Source of the DNA: an uncultured Solirubrobacterales bacterium
Lineage (GTDB): Bacteria; Actinomycetota; Thermoleophilia; Solirubrobacterales; Thermoleophilaceae
Reading direction: 5' to 3'
Length of the DNA stretch: 64,000 nucleotides
Assembly: GCA_963724115.1 (NCBI GenBank)
Contig: CAVRSX010000002.1
Span: 578,746 to 642,745 of the forward strand
The position numbers were made by a program, and so were the translations under genes. Below the pieces are notes generated by a model. It was not told where the DNA came from, made no database searches, and saw only the letters and a program-made list of their open reading frames with translations. Positions 18,272 to 29,054 of this stretch are shown one piece after another. Position 1 is the first letter of the stretch. Each line of letters starts with the position of its first letter.

Positions 18272-18961
18272 GTGCGCCTGGTCCTGTGGGACATCGACGG
18301 CACCCTCGTGGACACGTCCGGCCACGGCCGCGATGCGTTCGAGGATGCGTTCGCCCAGGTGCTCGGCCGGCCGGCCACGCTCGGCGACATCGCCATGTCG
18401 GGCCGCACCGACCACTCGATCGCGCTCGAGCTGCTGGAGATCAACGGCGAGCCCGTGGCCGACGAGCGGCTGCCGGAGATCTTCACCGCGCTGAACGGGG
18501 CGCTCGACGCGCGCCGCGACGGGATAGCACGCGACGGCCGCGTGCTCCCGGGCGTACCGGAGGTGATCGCCGCCCTGGCCGCCCGCGATGACGTTGCCCA
18601 GTCGCTGCTGACCGGCAATATCGAGGCCAACGCGCACGTGAAGCTGGCGGCCCTCGGACTGGACGGGCTGCTGGACATGGAGATCGGCGGCTACGGCTCG
18701 GACAGCGGCATCCGTCCCGAGTTGGTGGACGTCGCGCGGCGCAAGGCCCGCGAGGTCCGCGGGCTGGACGTGGAGCGGACCGACACCGTGCTCATCGGCG
18801 ACACGCCGCTGGACGTGCACGCGGCGCACCAGAACGGCGCCCGCGCGGTGGCCGTGGCCACCGGCAAGTTCAGCGTCCAGGAGCTGCTGGACACCGGCGC
18901 CGACGCCGTGCTGCCCGACGTCTCGGATCTGAACGCCGCCGTCGCGGCGATCCTCGGGTAG
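18272..18961 (+). CDS. HAD-family hydrolase (phosphoglycolate-phosphatase-like)
   Basis: GTG start 2 nt after the previous stop. Motif I LWDIDGTLVD and motif IV VLIGDTPLDV are present. Confidence 0.75.
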   Translation: MRLVLWDIDGTLVDTSGHGRDAFEDAFAQVLGRPATLGDIAMSGRTDHSIALELLEINGEPVADERLPEIFTALNGALDARRDGIARDGRVLPGVPEVIAALAARDDVAQSLLTGNIEANAHVKLAALGLDGLLDMEIGGYGSDSGIRPELVDVARRKAREVRGLDVERTDTVLIGDTPLDVHAAHQNGARAVAVATGKFSVQELLDTGADAVLPDVSDLNAAVAAILG

Positions 18962-19000
18962 GGGACAGAACCTGGCCTAAACCCTGCGTACGGTCGAGCC

Positions 19001-19834
19001 ATGACCAAGCGCGAGGAATATCCGGCGGGCGTGCCCTGCTTCGTCGACTCGGGACGAGTCGACTCGGCGGCGGCGCGCGAGTTCTACGGCGGCCTGTTCG
19101 GCTGGGAGTTCGAGGATGTCTCCCCCGGCGGCGACGCGCCGCCGTACCACATGGCCAGGCTGGGCGGCTTGACCGTGGCCGGGATCGGCACCCAGCCGTG
19201 GCAGGAGTGGGAGCCGGCCTGGAACACGTATGTGTGCGTGGACAGCGCGAACGACACCGTGCAGCGGGTGACCGACGCGGGGGGCAAGACCGCGATGGAG
19301 CCTTTCGACATCGGCGAGGCCGGCCGCATGGCCGTGTTCTCCGACCCCCAGGGCGCGGAGTTCTGCGTCTGGGAGGCGGGCCGGAGCCAGGGCTCGGAGC
19401 TGGTCAACGAGGTGGGCGCCGTGGTGTTCACCACTCTGCACACGCCGGATCTCCCGGCAGCCGTGGACTTCTACGCCGCGGTGTTCGGCTGGGAGATGGA
19501 GGCCGAGGGCGAGCAGTCCTGGATGATCCGCCTGCCCGGCTACGCGGAGAACCAGGACAAGATCGCTCCCGGGTTCATCGCGCAGCAGAAGGAGATGGGC
19601 GCGCCGGAGGGCTTCGCCGATCTGGTAGCTGCGGTCGTCACCGGCGAGCCGGCACGCTGGGAGGTCACGTTCGCGGTCGAGAGCGCGGACGCCGCGGCCG
19701 AACACGCCCCTGAGCTGGGCGGCCAGGTGGTCAGCCCGCCGCAGGATATGCCGTGGGTGCGCGAGACGACCCTGCGCGATCCCGAGGGCACGCAGTTCGT
19801 GGTCAGCCAGTTCGTGCCGCCCGAGGCGGCCTAG
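19001..19834 (+). CDS. VOC-family (glyoxalase/bleomycin-resistance fold) protein, two-domain
   Basis: Two repeats of the FYGGLFGWEF / FYAAVFGWEME type, and MAVFSDPQGAEFCVWE, are typical of VOC proteins. Confidence 0.75.
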   Translation: MTKREEYPAGVPCFVDSGRVDSAAAREFYGGLFGWEFEDVSPGGDAPPYHMARLGGLTVAGIGTQPWQEWEPAWNTYVCVDSANDTVQRVTDAGGKTAMEPFDIGEAGRMAVFSDPQGAEFCVWEAGRSQGSELVNEVGAVVFTTLHTPDLPAAVDFYAAVFGWEMEAEGEQSWMIRLPGYAENQDKIAPGFIAQQKEMGAPEGFADLVAAVVTGEPARWEVTFAVESADAAAEHAPELGGQVVSPPQDMPWVRETTLRDPEGTQFVVSQFVPPEAA

Positions 19835-19835
19835 G

Positions 19836-20291
19836 TCAGGTCAGCTCGACGCGTTCGATCACGACCGGCTCGGTGGGCATGTCCCCCGGGCCGGTCTTGA
19901 CGCCCTCGATGGCATCGACCGCGTCCATGCCGGAGGACACTTCTCCGAAGACCGTGTGCTTGCCGTCGAGCCAGCCGGCCTCGCCGATGGTGACGATGAA
20001 GAACTGGCTGCCGTTGGTGTTGGGGCCGGCGTTGGCCATTGCGAGGGCGCCGCGAACGATCTTGTGGTCGTTGAACTCGTCCTCGAATTTGTAGCCGGGG
20101 CCACCGGTGCCGGTGCCCTCGGGGCAGCCGCCCTGGATCATGAAGTCCGGGATCACGCGGTGGAAGGTAAGGCCGTCGTAGAACCCGTCGCCCGCCAGCT
20201 TGCGGAAGTTCTCCACGGTCTTGGGGGCGTCCTCGTCGAAGAACGTGACCTCCACGGGGCCGTGAGTCGTGTGCAGCGTCGCCTGGCTCAT
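19836..20291 (-). CDS. Peptidyl-prolyl cis-trans isomerase (cyclophilin type)
   Basis: FHRVIPDFMIQGGCP...GYKFEDEF...GALAMANAGPNTNGSQFFI is the cyclophilin signature. Confidence 0.92.
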   Translation of the reverse strand: MSQATLHTTHGPVEVTFFDEDAPKTVENFRKLAGDGFYDGLTFHRVIPDFMIQGGCPEGTGTGGPGYKFEDEFNDHKIVRGALAMANAGPNTNGSQFFIVTIGEAGWLDGKHTVFGEVSSGMDAVDAIEGVKTGPGDMPTEPVVIERVELT

Positions 20292-21832
20292 CGCTTTGCC
20301 ACCTCCAACCGGAGCGTGATGCCCCGGACTTCGTTTCCACTGACCTTGTCCACCACTTCCCCGGCGCGGGCGGCGGGAACCTCCAGGAAGCTGAACCGTT
20401 CCAGCACGCGCACGTTGCGCACGTCCTCGCCGTCGAGGTGCGAGTGGTCGACGATGGCGCCCACTACGTCGGCGGGGCGGAAGCCCTGCTTGCGGCCGGC
20501 GCCCAGGAAGATCTTGGCCTGGTCGCCGTCCGTGTCCTCGCGGCGCGGCTTGGAGTGGCGCCGCCGGCGCGGCTCGCGGCGCGGCTCGTCCTCTGGCGGC
20601 TTCTCGGCCGCGGCCTCCTCAGCCGCCTCGGCCGCGGGCTCCTCGACGGCCACGGGCGCGGGCTCCTCGGTCTTCGGAGCCGCGTCGGGCTTGAGCTTGC
20701 CACTTGTGCCCCCACGGGTATCTTCCGCCGATCCCCACTCGGGGATGTTGGTGCCCGCGTGCTCCTCGATCGCGACCAGGTCGCCGCGCTGCTTGGGAGT
20801 GATGAAGGTGATGGCACGGCCCTTCTCGCCGGCGCGGCCCGTGCGGCCGATGCGGTGCACGTAGACGTCGGGTGAGTTGGGCACGTCGTAGTTGATGATG
20901 TGCGAGACCCCGGCGATGTCCAGCCCGCGGGCTGCCACGTCGGTCGCCACCAGCAAGCGCTCGCGGCCGTCCTTGAAGGCGATCATCACACCGTCGCGCG
21001 CGCCCTGGGACATGTCGCCGTGCAGCGTCTTTACGCGCATGCCGCTGTCGCCCAGACGGCGGGCAAGCCGGTCGACACCGATCTTCGTGCGCACGAAGAT
21101 GATCGCCTGCTTGGGGTTCTCGGCCTTGACCACCTCGGCCAGCTTGTCCTGCTTCTCCTTGTCACCGACCTCGATGAAGGACTGCGTGACCGTGTCGATG
21201 GTCAGCGTGGCGGCCTTGACCTTGATCGTCTCCGGCTCGTACATGCGCTTCTCGGCCAGCTTCTTGATCTCGGGCGGCATGGTGGCGCTGAACAGCGCCG
21301 TCTGGCGGCCCGAGGGACAGCGGCCGAGGATCTTCTCCACGTCCTCCAGAAAGCCCAGGTCCAGCATCTCGTCGGCCTCGTCCAAGACCACGTAGCGGGC
21401 CTGGTCGAGATACAGGTGGTGGCGGCCGATCATGTCCATCACGCGGCCGACGGTGCCGACCACCACATGGGCGTTGTCCTTGAGCCGGGCGGCCTGCTCG
21501 CGGATGGGGGCGCCACCGAAGATGGCCACCACGTTGATCCCCCGCTGCTCGCCGTAGGCGCGCAGCGCCTGGGTGACCTGGATGCACAGCTCGCGGGTGG
21601 GGGTCAGCACCAGCGCCTGGATCTCGTTGTCCGAGGGGTCCACGTACTCCAGCATCGGCAGCCCGAAGGCCGCGGTCTTACCAGTGCCCGTCTGGGCCTG
21701 GCCGATCACGTCGCGCCCCTGCAGGAGCAGCGGGATCGTCTCTTCTTGGATGGGTGTCGGCTGCTTGTAGCCGAGGTGCTCGAGGGCGTCCAGTACAGGC
21801 TTGGACAGCCCGAGCTCTTTAAAAGTCGTCAT
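20288..21832 (-). CDS. DEAD-box ATP-dependent RNA helicase with a DbpA-like C-terminal RNA-binding domain
   Basis: Q-motif, AQTGTGKT, DEAD (VVLDEADEML), SAT, HRIGRTGRAG, and a C-terminal DbpA-like segment. Its stop is in an ATGA overlap with the cyclophilin start. Confidence 0.92.
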   Translation of the reverse strand: MTTFKELGLSKPVLDALEHLGYKQPTPIQEETIPLLLQGRDVIGQAQTGTGKTAAFGLPMLEYVDPSDNEIQALVLTPTRELCIQVTQALRAYGEQRGINVVAIFGGAPIREQAARLKDNAHVVVGTVGRVMDMIGRHHLYLDQARYVVLDEADEMLDLGFLEDVEKILGRCPSGRQTALFSATMPPEIKKLAEKRMYEPETIKVKAATLTIDTVTQSFIEVGDKEKQDKLAEVVKAENPKQAIIFVRTKIGVDRLARRLGDSGMRVKTLHGDMSQGARDGVMIAFKDGRERLLVATDVAARGLDIAGVSHIINYDVPNSPDVYVHRIGRTGRAGEKGRAITFITPKQRGDLVAIEEHAGTNIPEWGSAEDTRGGTSGKLKPDAAPKTEEPAPVAVEEPAAEAAEEAAAEKPPEDEPRREPRRRRHSKPRREDTDGDQAKIFLGAGRKQGFRPADVVGAIVDHSHLDGEDVRNVRVLERFSFLEVPAARAGEVVDKVSGNEVRGITLRLEVAKR

Positions 21833-21846
21833 TCGTGCACGTCAGA

Positions 21847-22818
21847 CTACTCGCCCGGGTCCAGCAGGAGTTTGCCCTGGGTTCGCCGTCCGGCCAGGTC
21901 CTCGTGAGCGCGGCGGACGTCGCTCATGGCGTAGGTCGCGCCGAGTTGGGGCCGCACCTCGCCCGCGGCGGCGCGCGCGAACAGGTCCGCCAGCGGCCCC
22001 TCGGTCATGTCCCGCCGGGCCAGGCAGTGGTAGAGCCAGAAACCCACCACCGCCCTGCTGGTCCTGAGCAGTGCAGCGTTGGAGGTGCGCACCTTCTGGC
22101 GCGTGGAGTTGCCGTACGCCACCAGCCGGCCGAAAGGCGCCAGCGCCTGCAGGCTCTGCTCGAAAACCCGCCCGCCCGCGGTTTCCAGCACCACGTCGAC
22201 CTGGTCACCGCCGTTGGCATCCACCAGCGCGCCGGTCAGGTCGTCGACCGCGGGGTCCACGGCCGCGTCGGCCCCCAGCGCCAGCGCCTGCTCGCGGCGC
22301 TCTTCCGAGCCCGCCGTGGCGATCACCCGCCCGGCACCGAACGCCCGCGCCAGCTGCACCGCCAGCCCACCCACGCCACCGGCGGCCGAGTGCACCACCA
22401 CGCTCTCGCCCTGGGCCAGGTTCGCGCTCGTGCGCAGCAGGTGCCAGGCGGTCAGGCCCTGGATCAGCAGCGCCAACGCGGCGTCGGCGTCGAGGCCGTC
22501 GGGGATCGCATAGGCCTGGGCGGCCGGCACCGCGGCCAGCTCGGCGTAGCCGCCGGTCTCCAGCAGCCCCACCACCCGGTCGCCGGCGGCGAAGCCGTGC
22601 CCACCCTCGGCCACCTCGCCCGCCACCTCGCCACCCAGCACGAACGGCACCGCGCGCTCGGCCACGTACTCGTTCTGGCGCTGGTGGGTGTCGCCGAAGT
22701 TCACCCCCGCACGCGCCACGTGGACGAGCAGCTCTTCGTTTCCTGGGACCGGGTCCGGGACCTCGGAGACGCCGAGGACCTCGGGCCCGCCGAACTCGGT
22801 GATCTGGACCGCGCGCAT
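21847..22818 (-). CDS. NADPH:quinone oxidoreductase / zinc-type alcohol-dehydrogenase-like protein
   Basis: MRAVQITEFGGPEVL...AGVNFGDTH and the nucleotide-binding motif VHSAAGGVGGLAVQLA. The longer 411-aa ORF upstream is non-protein-like. Confidence 0.85.
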   Translation of the reverse strand: MRAVQITEFGGPEVLGVSEVPDPVPGNEELLVHVARAGVNFGDTHQRQNEYVAERAVPFVLGGEVAGEVAEGGHGFAAGDRVVGLLETGGYAELAAVPAAQAYAIPDGLDADAALALLIQGLTAWHLLRTSANLAQGESVVVHSAAGGVGGLAVQLARAFGAGRVIATAGSEERREQALALGADAAVDPAVDDLTGALVDANGGDQVDVVLETAGGRVFEQSLQALAPFGRLVAYGNSTRQKVRTSNAALLRTSRAVVGFWLYHCLARRDMTEGPLADLFARAAAGEVRPQLGATYAMSDVRRAHEDLAGRRTQGKLLLDPGE

Positions 22819-22855
22819 GGCCGGGGAGCCTAAAACCACTAGCCTGCCCCCGCCT

Positions 22856-23758
22856 ATGAGCCTTGTTGTAGTCGGATCCATCGCCTTCGATGCCGTCAAG
22901 AGCCCCTCCGGGGAGCGCGAGCGCATGCTCGGCGGATCGGCTGTCCACTTCTCGCTGGCCGCCAGCTTCTTCACCGACGTGCGCGTGGTCGGCCCGGTAG
23001 GCGAGGACTTCGGTGACGATGAGTACGCGGTGCTGCACGGACGCGGGGTGAACACCGACGACATCGAGCAGGTCGAGGGCAAGACGTTCTTCTGGCAGGG
23101 CCACTACGAGGACCTCAACCAGGCCGAGACCGACGACACCCAGCTGGGCGTGTTCGAGACCTTCGAGCCCAAGCTGTCCGATGCGTCGCTGGGCGCCGAC
23201 AGCCTGTTCCTGGCCAACATCCAGCCCGACCTCCAGCGCGGCGTGCGCGAGCAGATGCCGGACGCGAAGTTCGTGGGACTGGACTCCATGAACCTGTGGA
23301 TCGACATCGCCAAGGACTCGCTGCTGCAGACCCTCGCCGGCGTGGACCTGGTGTTCCTGAACGACCAGGAGATCCGTGACCTGACGGGCAAGCCGAACCT
23401 GCCGCTGGCGGCCAAGGCGGTGCTGGAGATGGGCCCCAAGGCCGTGATCGCCAAGCAGGGCGAGTACGGCGCCGCCCTGTTCACCCAGGACGGCTTCTTC
23501 GCCCTCCCGGCATTCCCGCTCGAGACGGTGCAGGACCCCACCGGCGCGGGCGACTCGTTCGCCGGTGGCTTCCTGGGCTACCTGTCATCGGAGGGCGGCG
23601 ACGCCTCCGATCACGCCACGCTTCGCAAGGCCATGACCTACGGCACGGTGCTGGCGTCGTTCAACGTCGAGGAGTTCGGCACCGAGCGCGTGGCGCGGCT
23701 CACGCGCGATGAGGTGGACGAGCGGTTCGAGGTCCTGAAGGGCTACACCACGCTTTAG
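22856..23758 (+). CDS. PfkB-family carbohydrate kinase
   Basis: MSLVVVGSIAFD start, and the PfkB signature DPTGAGDSFAGGFLGYL near the C-terminus. Confidence 0.85.
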   Translation: MSLVVVGSIAFDAVKSPSGERERMLGGSAVHFSLAASFFTDVRVVGPVGEDFGDDEYAVLHGRGVNTDDIEQVEGKTFFWQGHYEDLNQAETDDTQLGVFETFEPKLSDASLGADSLFLANIQPDLQRGVREQMPDAKFVGLDSMNLWIDIAKDSLLQTLAGVDLVFLNDQEIRDLTGKPNLPLAAKAVLEMGPKAVIAKQGEYGAALFTQDGFFALPAFPLETVQDPTGAGDSFAGGFLGYLSSEGGDASDHATLRKAMTYGTVLASFNVEEFGTERVARLTRDEVDERFEVLKGYTTL

Positions 23759-23997
23759 TCGGGGCCGGGGTGAATCACGAGTTCCTCCTGCTAGACGGGC
23801 ACAACTCGTGACGCGGCGCCCGGGACGCGCGGCCCAGCGTCACGGGAGCGTTACGACTGTGACGAAACGGCCCCGCCGCCCTACCCAGCCATCAGTTTCG
23901 CCTGGCCCGCCGCGGGCGCAGACGGCGCGCGCATCGCGCTCAGGAGATTGAGCGCGCCCACCTAGCACTCCGGTGCATACCCCGATACCCTCGGCCG

Positions 23998-24258
23998 ATG
24001 GACGTGCCCACGTTCGTGTGGATGATGTTCGTGCTGAAGGTTCCGATCGTGCTCGCGCTGTGGCTGATCTGGTACGCGATCCAGGAGCCGGAGCCTGCCA
24101 AGGCCGACGACCAGGACGAGGGCGGCTCGGATCGCCGCCACCGGTCGCTGCCGCGCAACCCGAGGCCGCCGCGGCGCGGCGGGCCGCACGCCGCGCCCCT
24201 ACCAGCGCCGCCCCGAGTGCGCACCTTGGCTCACAGCCGTGACACCAACCGCAAGTAG
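23998..24258 (+). CDS. Small hypothetical membrane protein (86 aa)
   Basis: One strong N-terminal TM helix (FVWMMFVLKVPIVLALWLIWYAI) followed by a Pro/Arg-rich tail. No family recognised. Confidence 0.45.
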   Translation: MDVPTFVWMMFVLKVPIVLALWLIWYAIQEPEPAKADDQDEGGSDRRHRSLPRNPRPPRRGGPHAAPLPAPPRVRTLAHSRDTNRK

Positions 24259-24273
24259 TAGGTTTCGACCCCG

Positions 24274-24504
24274 ATGACGGCGTTCTACGTATGCGGCGGC
24301 GTGCTGGCCCTGTGGGCCGTGCTGGTCAGCTTCCTGGGCATCACGCGCGAGGGCTTTCCCAGGACGGACGGCTCGGCGCGCATCGTGATGGCGCTGTCGG
24401 TGCTGCTGACGCTGGCGGCCATCCTGTCGGGCGTGATCGGCGGGGCCCTCGAGGAAGAGCACGAAGAGGGGTCCGAGACCGAAGCCGCCGGCCTGATCCG
24501 CTGA
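24274..24504 (+). CDS. Small hypothetical two-TM membrane protein (76 aa)
   Basis: Two hydrophobic helices (FYVCGGVLALWAVLVSFLGI; IVMALSVLLTLAAILSGVIGG) and an acidic tail. Confidence 0.5.
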   Translation: MTAFYVCGGVLALWAVLVSFLGITREGFPRTDGSARIVMALSVLLTLAAILSGVIGGALEEEHEEGSETEAAGLIR

Positions 24505-24508
24505 GCGG

Positions 24509-24800
24509 CGTGCCGATCGACGACGGCATCGCAGTCAGCTACACCGCGCTCCAGCCCGGGGTGCCCGTGTACGACTCGGGCGAAGCCGAGGTCGGAACCC
24601 TGCGCAAGGTCCTGGACAACGAACGCGAGCGCATCTTCGACGGCATCGAGGTCGACAGGCGCGACGGGGTGCGCGTGTTCGTGGACGCGCCCGAGGTGGC
24701 GCGCACCGCCGAGCGCGGCGTGACCCTGAACATCACGGGCGCCGAACTCGACGCCTACCCTCCGGTAAAGCGCGGATCCAAGCGGCTGTTCGGTCGCTGA
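24509..24800 (+). CDS. Hypothetical protein (PRC-barrel/DUF2171-like, tentative)
   Basis: GTG start 4 nt after the previous stop. VYDSGEAEVGTLRKVL...IFDGIEVD resembles small PRC-barrel-type proteins. Weak call. Confidence 0.4.
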
Positions 24801-24819
24801 TCAAGACAGAGGAGCAGAT

Positions 24820-26157
<1,338 letters not shown>

Positions 26158-26213
26158 ACGTCCACCTGGACACCTCGCAGGACTGGGCCGTCACGTGGAC
26201 GGTCGACGAGCCG

Positions 26214-26744
26214 ATGGCGCGCGCATGTCATGCGCTGGCCCACGAGGGGCGCGTGTGGCTGGTGGACCCGCTGACCGACGACCAGGCGCTGGAGGCCGCC
26301 GAGGCGCTGGGCGAGCTGGAGGGCGTGATCCAGCTTCTGGACCGCCATGACCGCGACTGCGAAACGCTGGCCCGCCGCTACGGCGTGCCCCACCTGCGGC
26401 TACCCGAGCAGCTCCCCGACACGCCGTTCGAGGTCAGCCGGATGGTGTGGCTGCCGGGGTGGCGCGAGCTGTCGCTGTGGCTGCCCGCCCAGTCGGCGCT
26501 CGTGGTTGCCGAGTCGGTGGGCACCGGCGCCTACTTCGCGCTGGCGGGCAAGCCGGCGGGCATCCATCCGATGCTGCGCCTGCGCCCGCCGGGTGAGCTG
26601 CGCAGGCACCGCCCCCGGCACCTGATGGTTGGCCACGGGCCGACGCTGCACGACGGCGCTGCCGCGGCACTGGACGAGGCGCTCCAGCGCAGCCTCAAGG
26701 ACATCCCGCGCGTACCTGCCGCAATGGTGAGTGCCTACAGGTAG
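26214..26744 (+). CDS. Hypothetical protein (degenerate MBL-fold-like)
   Basis: VWLVDPL...VIQLLDRHDRDC sits where an HxHxDH motif would be. The frame is open further upstream (VHLDTSQDWAVTW...) with no canonical start, so the start is uncertain. Confidence 0.45.
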   Translation: MARACHALAHEGRVWLVDPLTDDQALEAAEALGELEGVIQLLDRHDRDCETLARRYGVPHLRLPEQLPDTPFEVSRMVWLPGWRELSLWLPAQSALVVAESVGTGAYFALAGKPAGIHPMLRLRPPGELRRHRPRHLMVGHGPTLHDGAAAALDEALQRSLKDIPRVPAAMVSAYR

Positions 26745-26756
26745 CTTCCCTCTCGC

Positions 26757-27632
26757 GTGGAGGGGTCGGTGATCACCGAAGTACTGCTGCCCGTGTGCAT
26801 CGCGGGCATCATGATCGTGCTGGGCATGTCGCTGACGCCGGACGACTTCCGGCGCGTGGTGGCCATACCGCGCGGCGTTGGCATCGGCCTGGGCAACCTG
26901 CTGGTGATCTCGCCTCTGCTGGCCTTCGGCGTGGCCGAGCTGACCGGACTGGCGCCCGAGCTGGCGGTGGGCCTGGTGTTGCTGGGCGCCTCGCCCGGCG
27001 GCGCGATGGCCAACCTGTTGACCCACCTCGCCCGCGGCGAAGTTGCCCTCTCGGTGACCATGACGGCGATCAGCAGCCTCATGGCGCTGATCACCGTGCC
27101 GCTCTACCTGGGCCTCGCGATCGACTACTTCGGCGCCGACGTCAGCGACGACTTCGGCATGGCGGCCATCGTGGTGCGCGTGTTCCTGATCACCGTGGTC
27201 CCCCTGAGCGTCGGCATGACGGTGCGCCACCTGCGGACAGCCTGGGTCGAGGCCAACTACGAGACCGCCCGCAAACTGTCGCTGGCGTTGTTCGTGGTGG
27301 TGGTGATCGCGGCCGTGGCCAGCGAGGCGGACCTGATCTTCGAGAACATCGGCGCTGTGGCGGTGGCCGCGCTGCTGCTGAACGTGGCGGCCATGTCCAT
27401 CGGCTTCGGCATCTCGCGCGTGGCCCGGCTGAACACGCGACAGGCCACGGCGATCGCCATGGAGCTCGGCGTTCACAACTCCACGGTGGCGATCGCGGTG
27501 GCTGCGCTGATCGACACCGAGCTGGCCATCCCGGCGGCCGTCTACAGCATGTTCATGTTCGTTACCGCGGGCACGTTCGCCCGCTTCATCGCACAACGGA
27601 ACACGGCCGTGGCGGCGACGGTTGTCCATTGA
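26757..27632 (+). CDS. Bile acid:sodium symporter (BASS/SBF) family transporter
   Basis: LGASPGGAMANLLTHLARGEVALSVTMTAISSL and MELGVHNSTVAIAVA match the two conserved BASS core repeats. It ends 46 nt before the first mce gene. Confidence 0.8.
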   Translation: MEGSVITEVLLPVCIAGIMIVLGMSLTPDDFRRVVAIPRGVGIGLGNLLVISPLLAFGVAELTGLAPELAVGLVLLGASPGGAMANLLTHLARGEVALSVTMTAISSLMALITVPLYLGLAIDYFGADVSDDFGMAAIVVRVFLITVVPLSVGMTVRHLRTAWVEANYETARKLSLALFVVVVIAAVASEADLIFENIGAVAVAALLLNVAAMSIGFGISRVARLNTRQATAIAMELGVHNSTVAIAVAALIDTELAIPAAVYSMFMFVTAGTFARFIAQRNTAVAATVVH

Positions 27633-27677
27633 CACCACCCCGCCGGGTGAGCAGACTCGCGCCCTGATGGGAAGGCA

Positions 27678-29054
27678 GTGAGGGGAGGTACCTCGACCCT
27701 GGTGAGGGCGGTTGTGCTGGCCGCCGTCGTACTGGCGGTGGCCGCGACGGCCATTGTCCTGTTCGGCACGGGCGGAGGCGGCTACAAGGTCACCGGCACG
27801 TTCACCAACGCGGCCCAGATCGTGAAGGGCAACCCCGTGCAGAGCGGGGGCGTGACCATCGGGTCGGTGCAGGACGTGGCCTTGGCCGACGACGGCCGCG
27901 CCGTGGTGGAGATGTCTGTCGACGAGGACCACGCGCCGCTGCCCTCGGGCACGCGCGCGGCCATCCGCCAGTCGTCGTTGTCCGGGATCGCCAACCGCTA
28001 CGTGGGCCTCACGTTCCCGGCCGGCCGCGGCAGTGGCGACACGATCGATGACGGCGGCAAGATCGTCGCCGACCGCACGCTGACGCAGGTCGACCTCGAC
28101 GAGGTGTTCAACACCCTGGACGCGCCCACGCGGCGGAGCCTGGAGAACCTGCTGACCCGGGGCTCGGCGTCGATCCGCGGCCGTGGCGATGACGTTGGGC
28201 GCGCGCTGGAGTACCTGGACCCGGCGCTGTCCACCACCAGCCGGCTGTTCAACGAGGCCTCGCGCGACACCCCCACGCTGCGGGCCAGCCTGAAGAACAG
28301 CGCGCGGCTGGTGACGGCGCTGAGCGAGCGCGACACCGAGCTGGCGGCCCTGGTCGGCGACCTGAGCACCACCACCCGCGCGCTGGGCAGCCAGAAGGGC
28401 GCGCTGGCAGAGTCGGTGGGCCTGCTGCCGCCGGCACTGCGCCAGGCGAACACGTCGTTCGTGAACCTGCGCCTGGCGCTGGACGATGTGGACCCGCTGG
28501 TCAATGCGACGAAGCCGCTGCTGCCCAAGCTGCGCCCGGTGTTCGCCGCCACACGCCAGTTCGCGGCCGACTCGCGGCCCGCACTACGCGACCTGCGCAC
28601 CGCGTTGAGCCGACCCGGCCGCGGCAACGACCTGCTGGAGCTGCTGGCCGACGTGCCCCCGCTGGCCGATGTTGCGGTGACCACCAAGGAGCGGTCGATC
28701 GCGCCCGGCGGCCGCCGCGTGAACGTGGGCCGCACGCCCGGCGCGTTCCCGCAGACCAGCTCCGCGCTGAAGGCCGCCACGCCGGTGATCGGCTTCGCCC
28801 GCCCGTACACCACCGACTTCCTGGGCTGGCTGGACGACTTCTCCACCACCGGCGGCTTCTTCGACGCGCTGGGCGCCAGCACGCGCGTGTTCATCTCGCT
28901 GGCCGAGAACACCACCGGCGGCCCGCCCAAGCGCGAGCAGTTCCGTCGCTGCCCGGGCGGGGCCGAGGTGCCCGCCCGCGACGGGTCCAATGTGCTGAGC
29001 GCCGAGGAGCAGCAGGCGCTGAACTGCACCGAGTCCCACCGGGCCATCAGATGA
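27678..29054 (+). CDS. MCE-family (MlaD-domain) protein 1 of 6
   Basis: N-terminal TM helix, then the MlaD-type block YKVTGTFTNAAQIVKGNPVQSGGVTIGSVQDVAL, followed by a long helical region. Confidence 0.85.
   Translation: MRGGTSTLVRAVVLAAVVLAVAATAIVLFGTGGGGYKVTGTFTNAAQIVKGNPVQSGGVTIGSVQDVALADDGRAVVEMSVDEDHAPLPSGTRAAIRQSSLSGIANRYVGLTFPAGRGSGDTIDDGGKIVADRTLTQVDLDEVFNTLDAPTRRSLENLLTRGSASIRGRGDDVGRALEYLDPALSTTSRLFNEASRDTPTLRASLKNSARLVTALSERDTELAALVGDLSTTTRALGSQKGALAESVGLLPPALRQANTSFVNLRLALDDVDPLVNATKPLLPKLRPVFAATRQFAADSRPALRDLRTALSRPGRGNDLLELLADVPPLADVAVTTKERSIAPGGRRVNVGRTPGAFPQTSSALKAATPVIGFARPYTTDFLGWLDDFSTTGGFFDALGASTRVFISLAENTTGGPPKREQFRRCPGGAEVPARDGSNVLSAEEQQALNCTESHRAIR

Noticed and set aside
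26159-26204. Inverted repeat CGTCCAC…GTGGACG after the citrate synthase stop, considered as a terminator.
   Set aside because: It has a 7-bp stem with a 32-nt loop and no U-tract. It probably lies inside the extended reading frame of the next gene.
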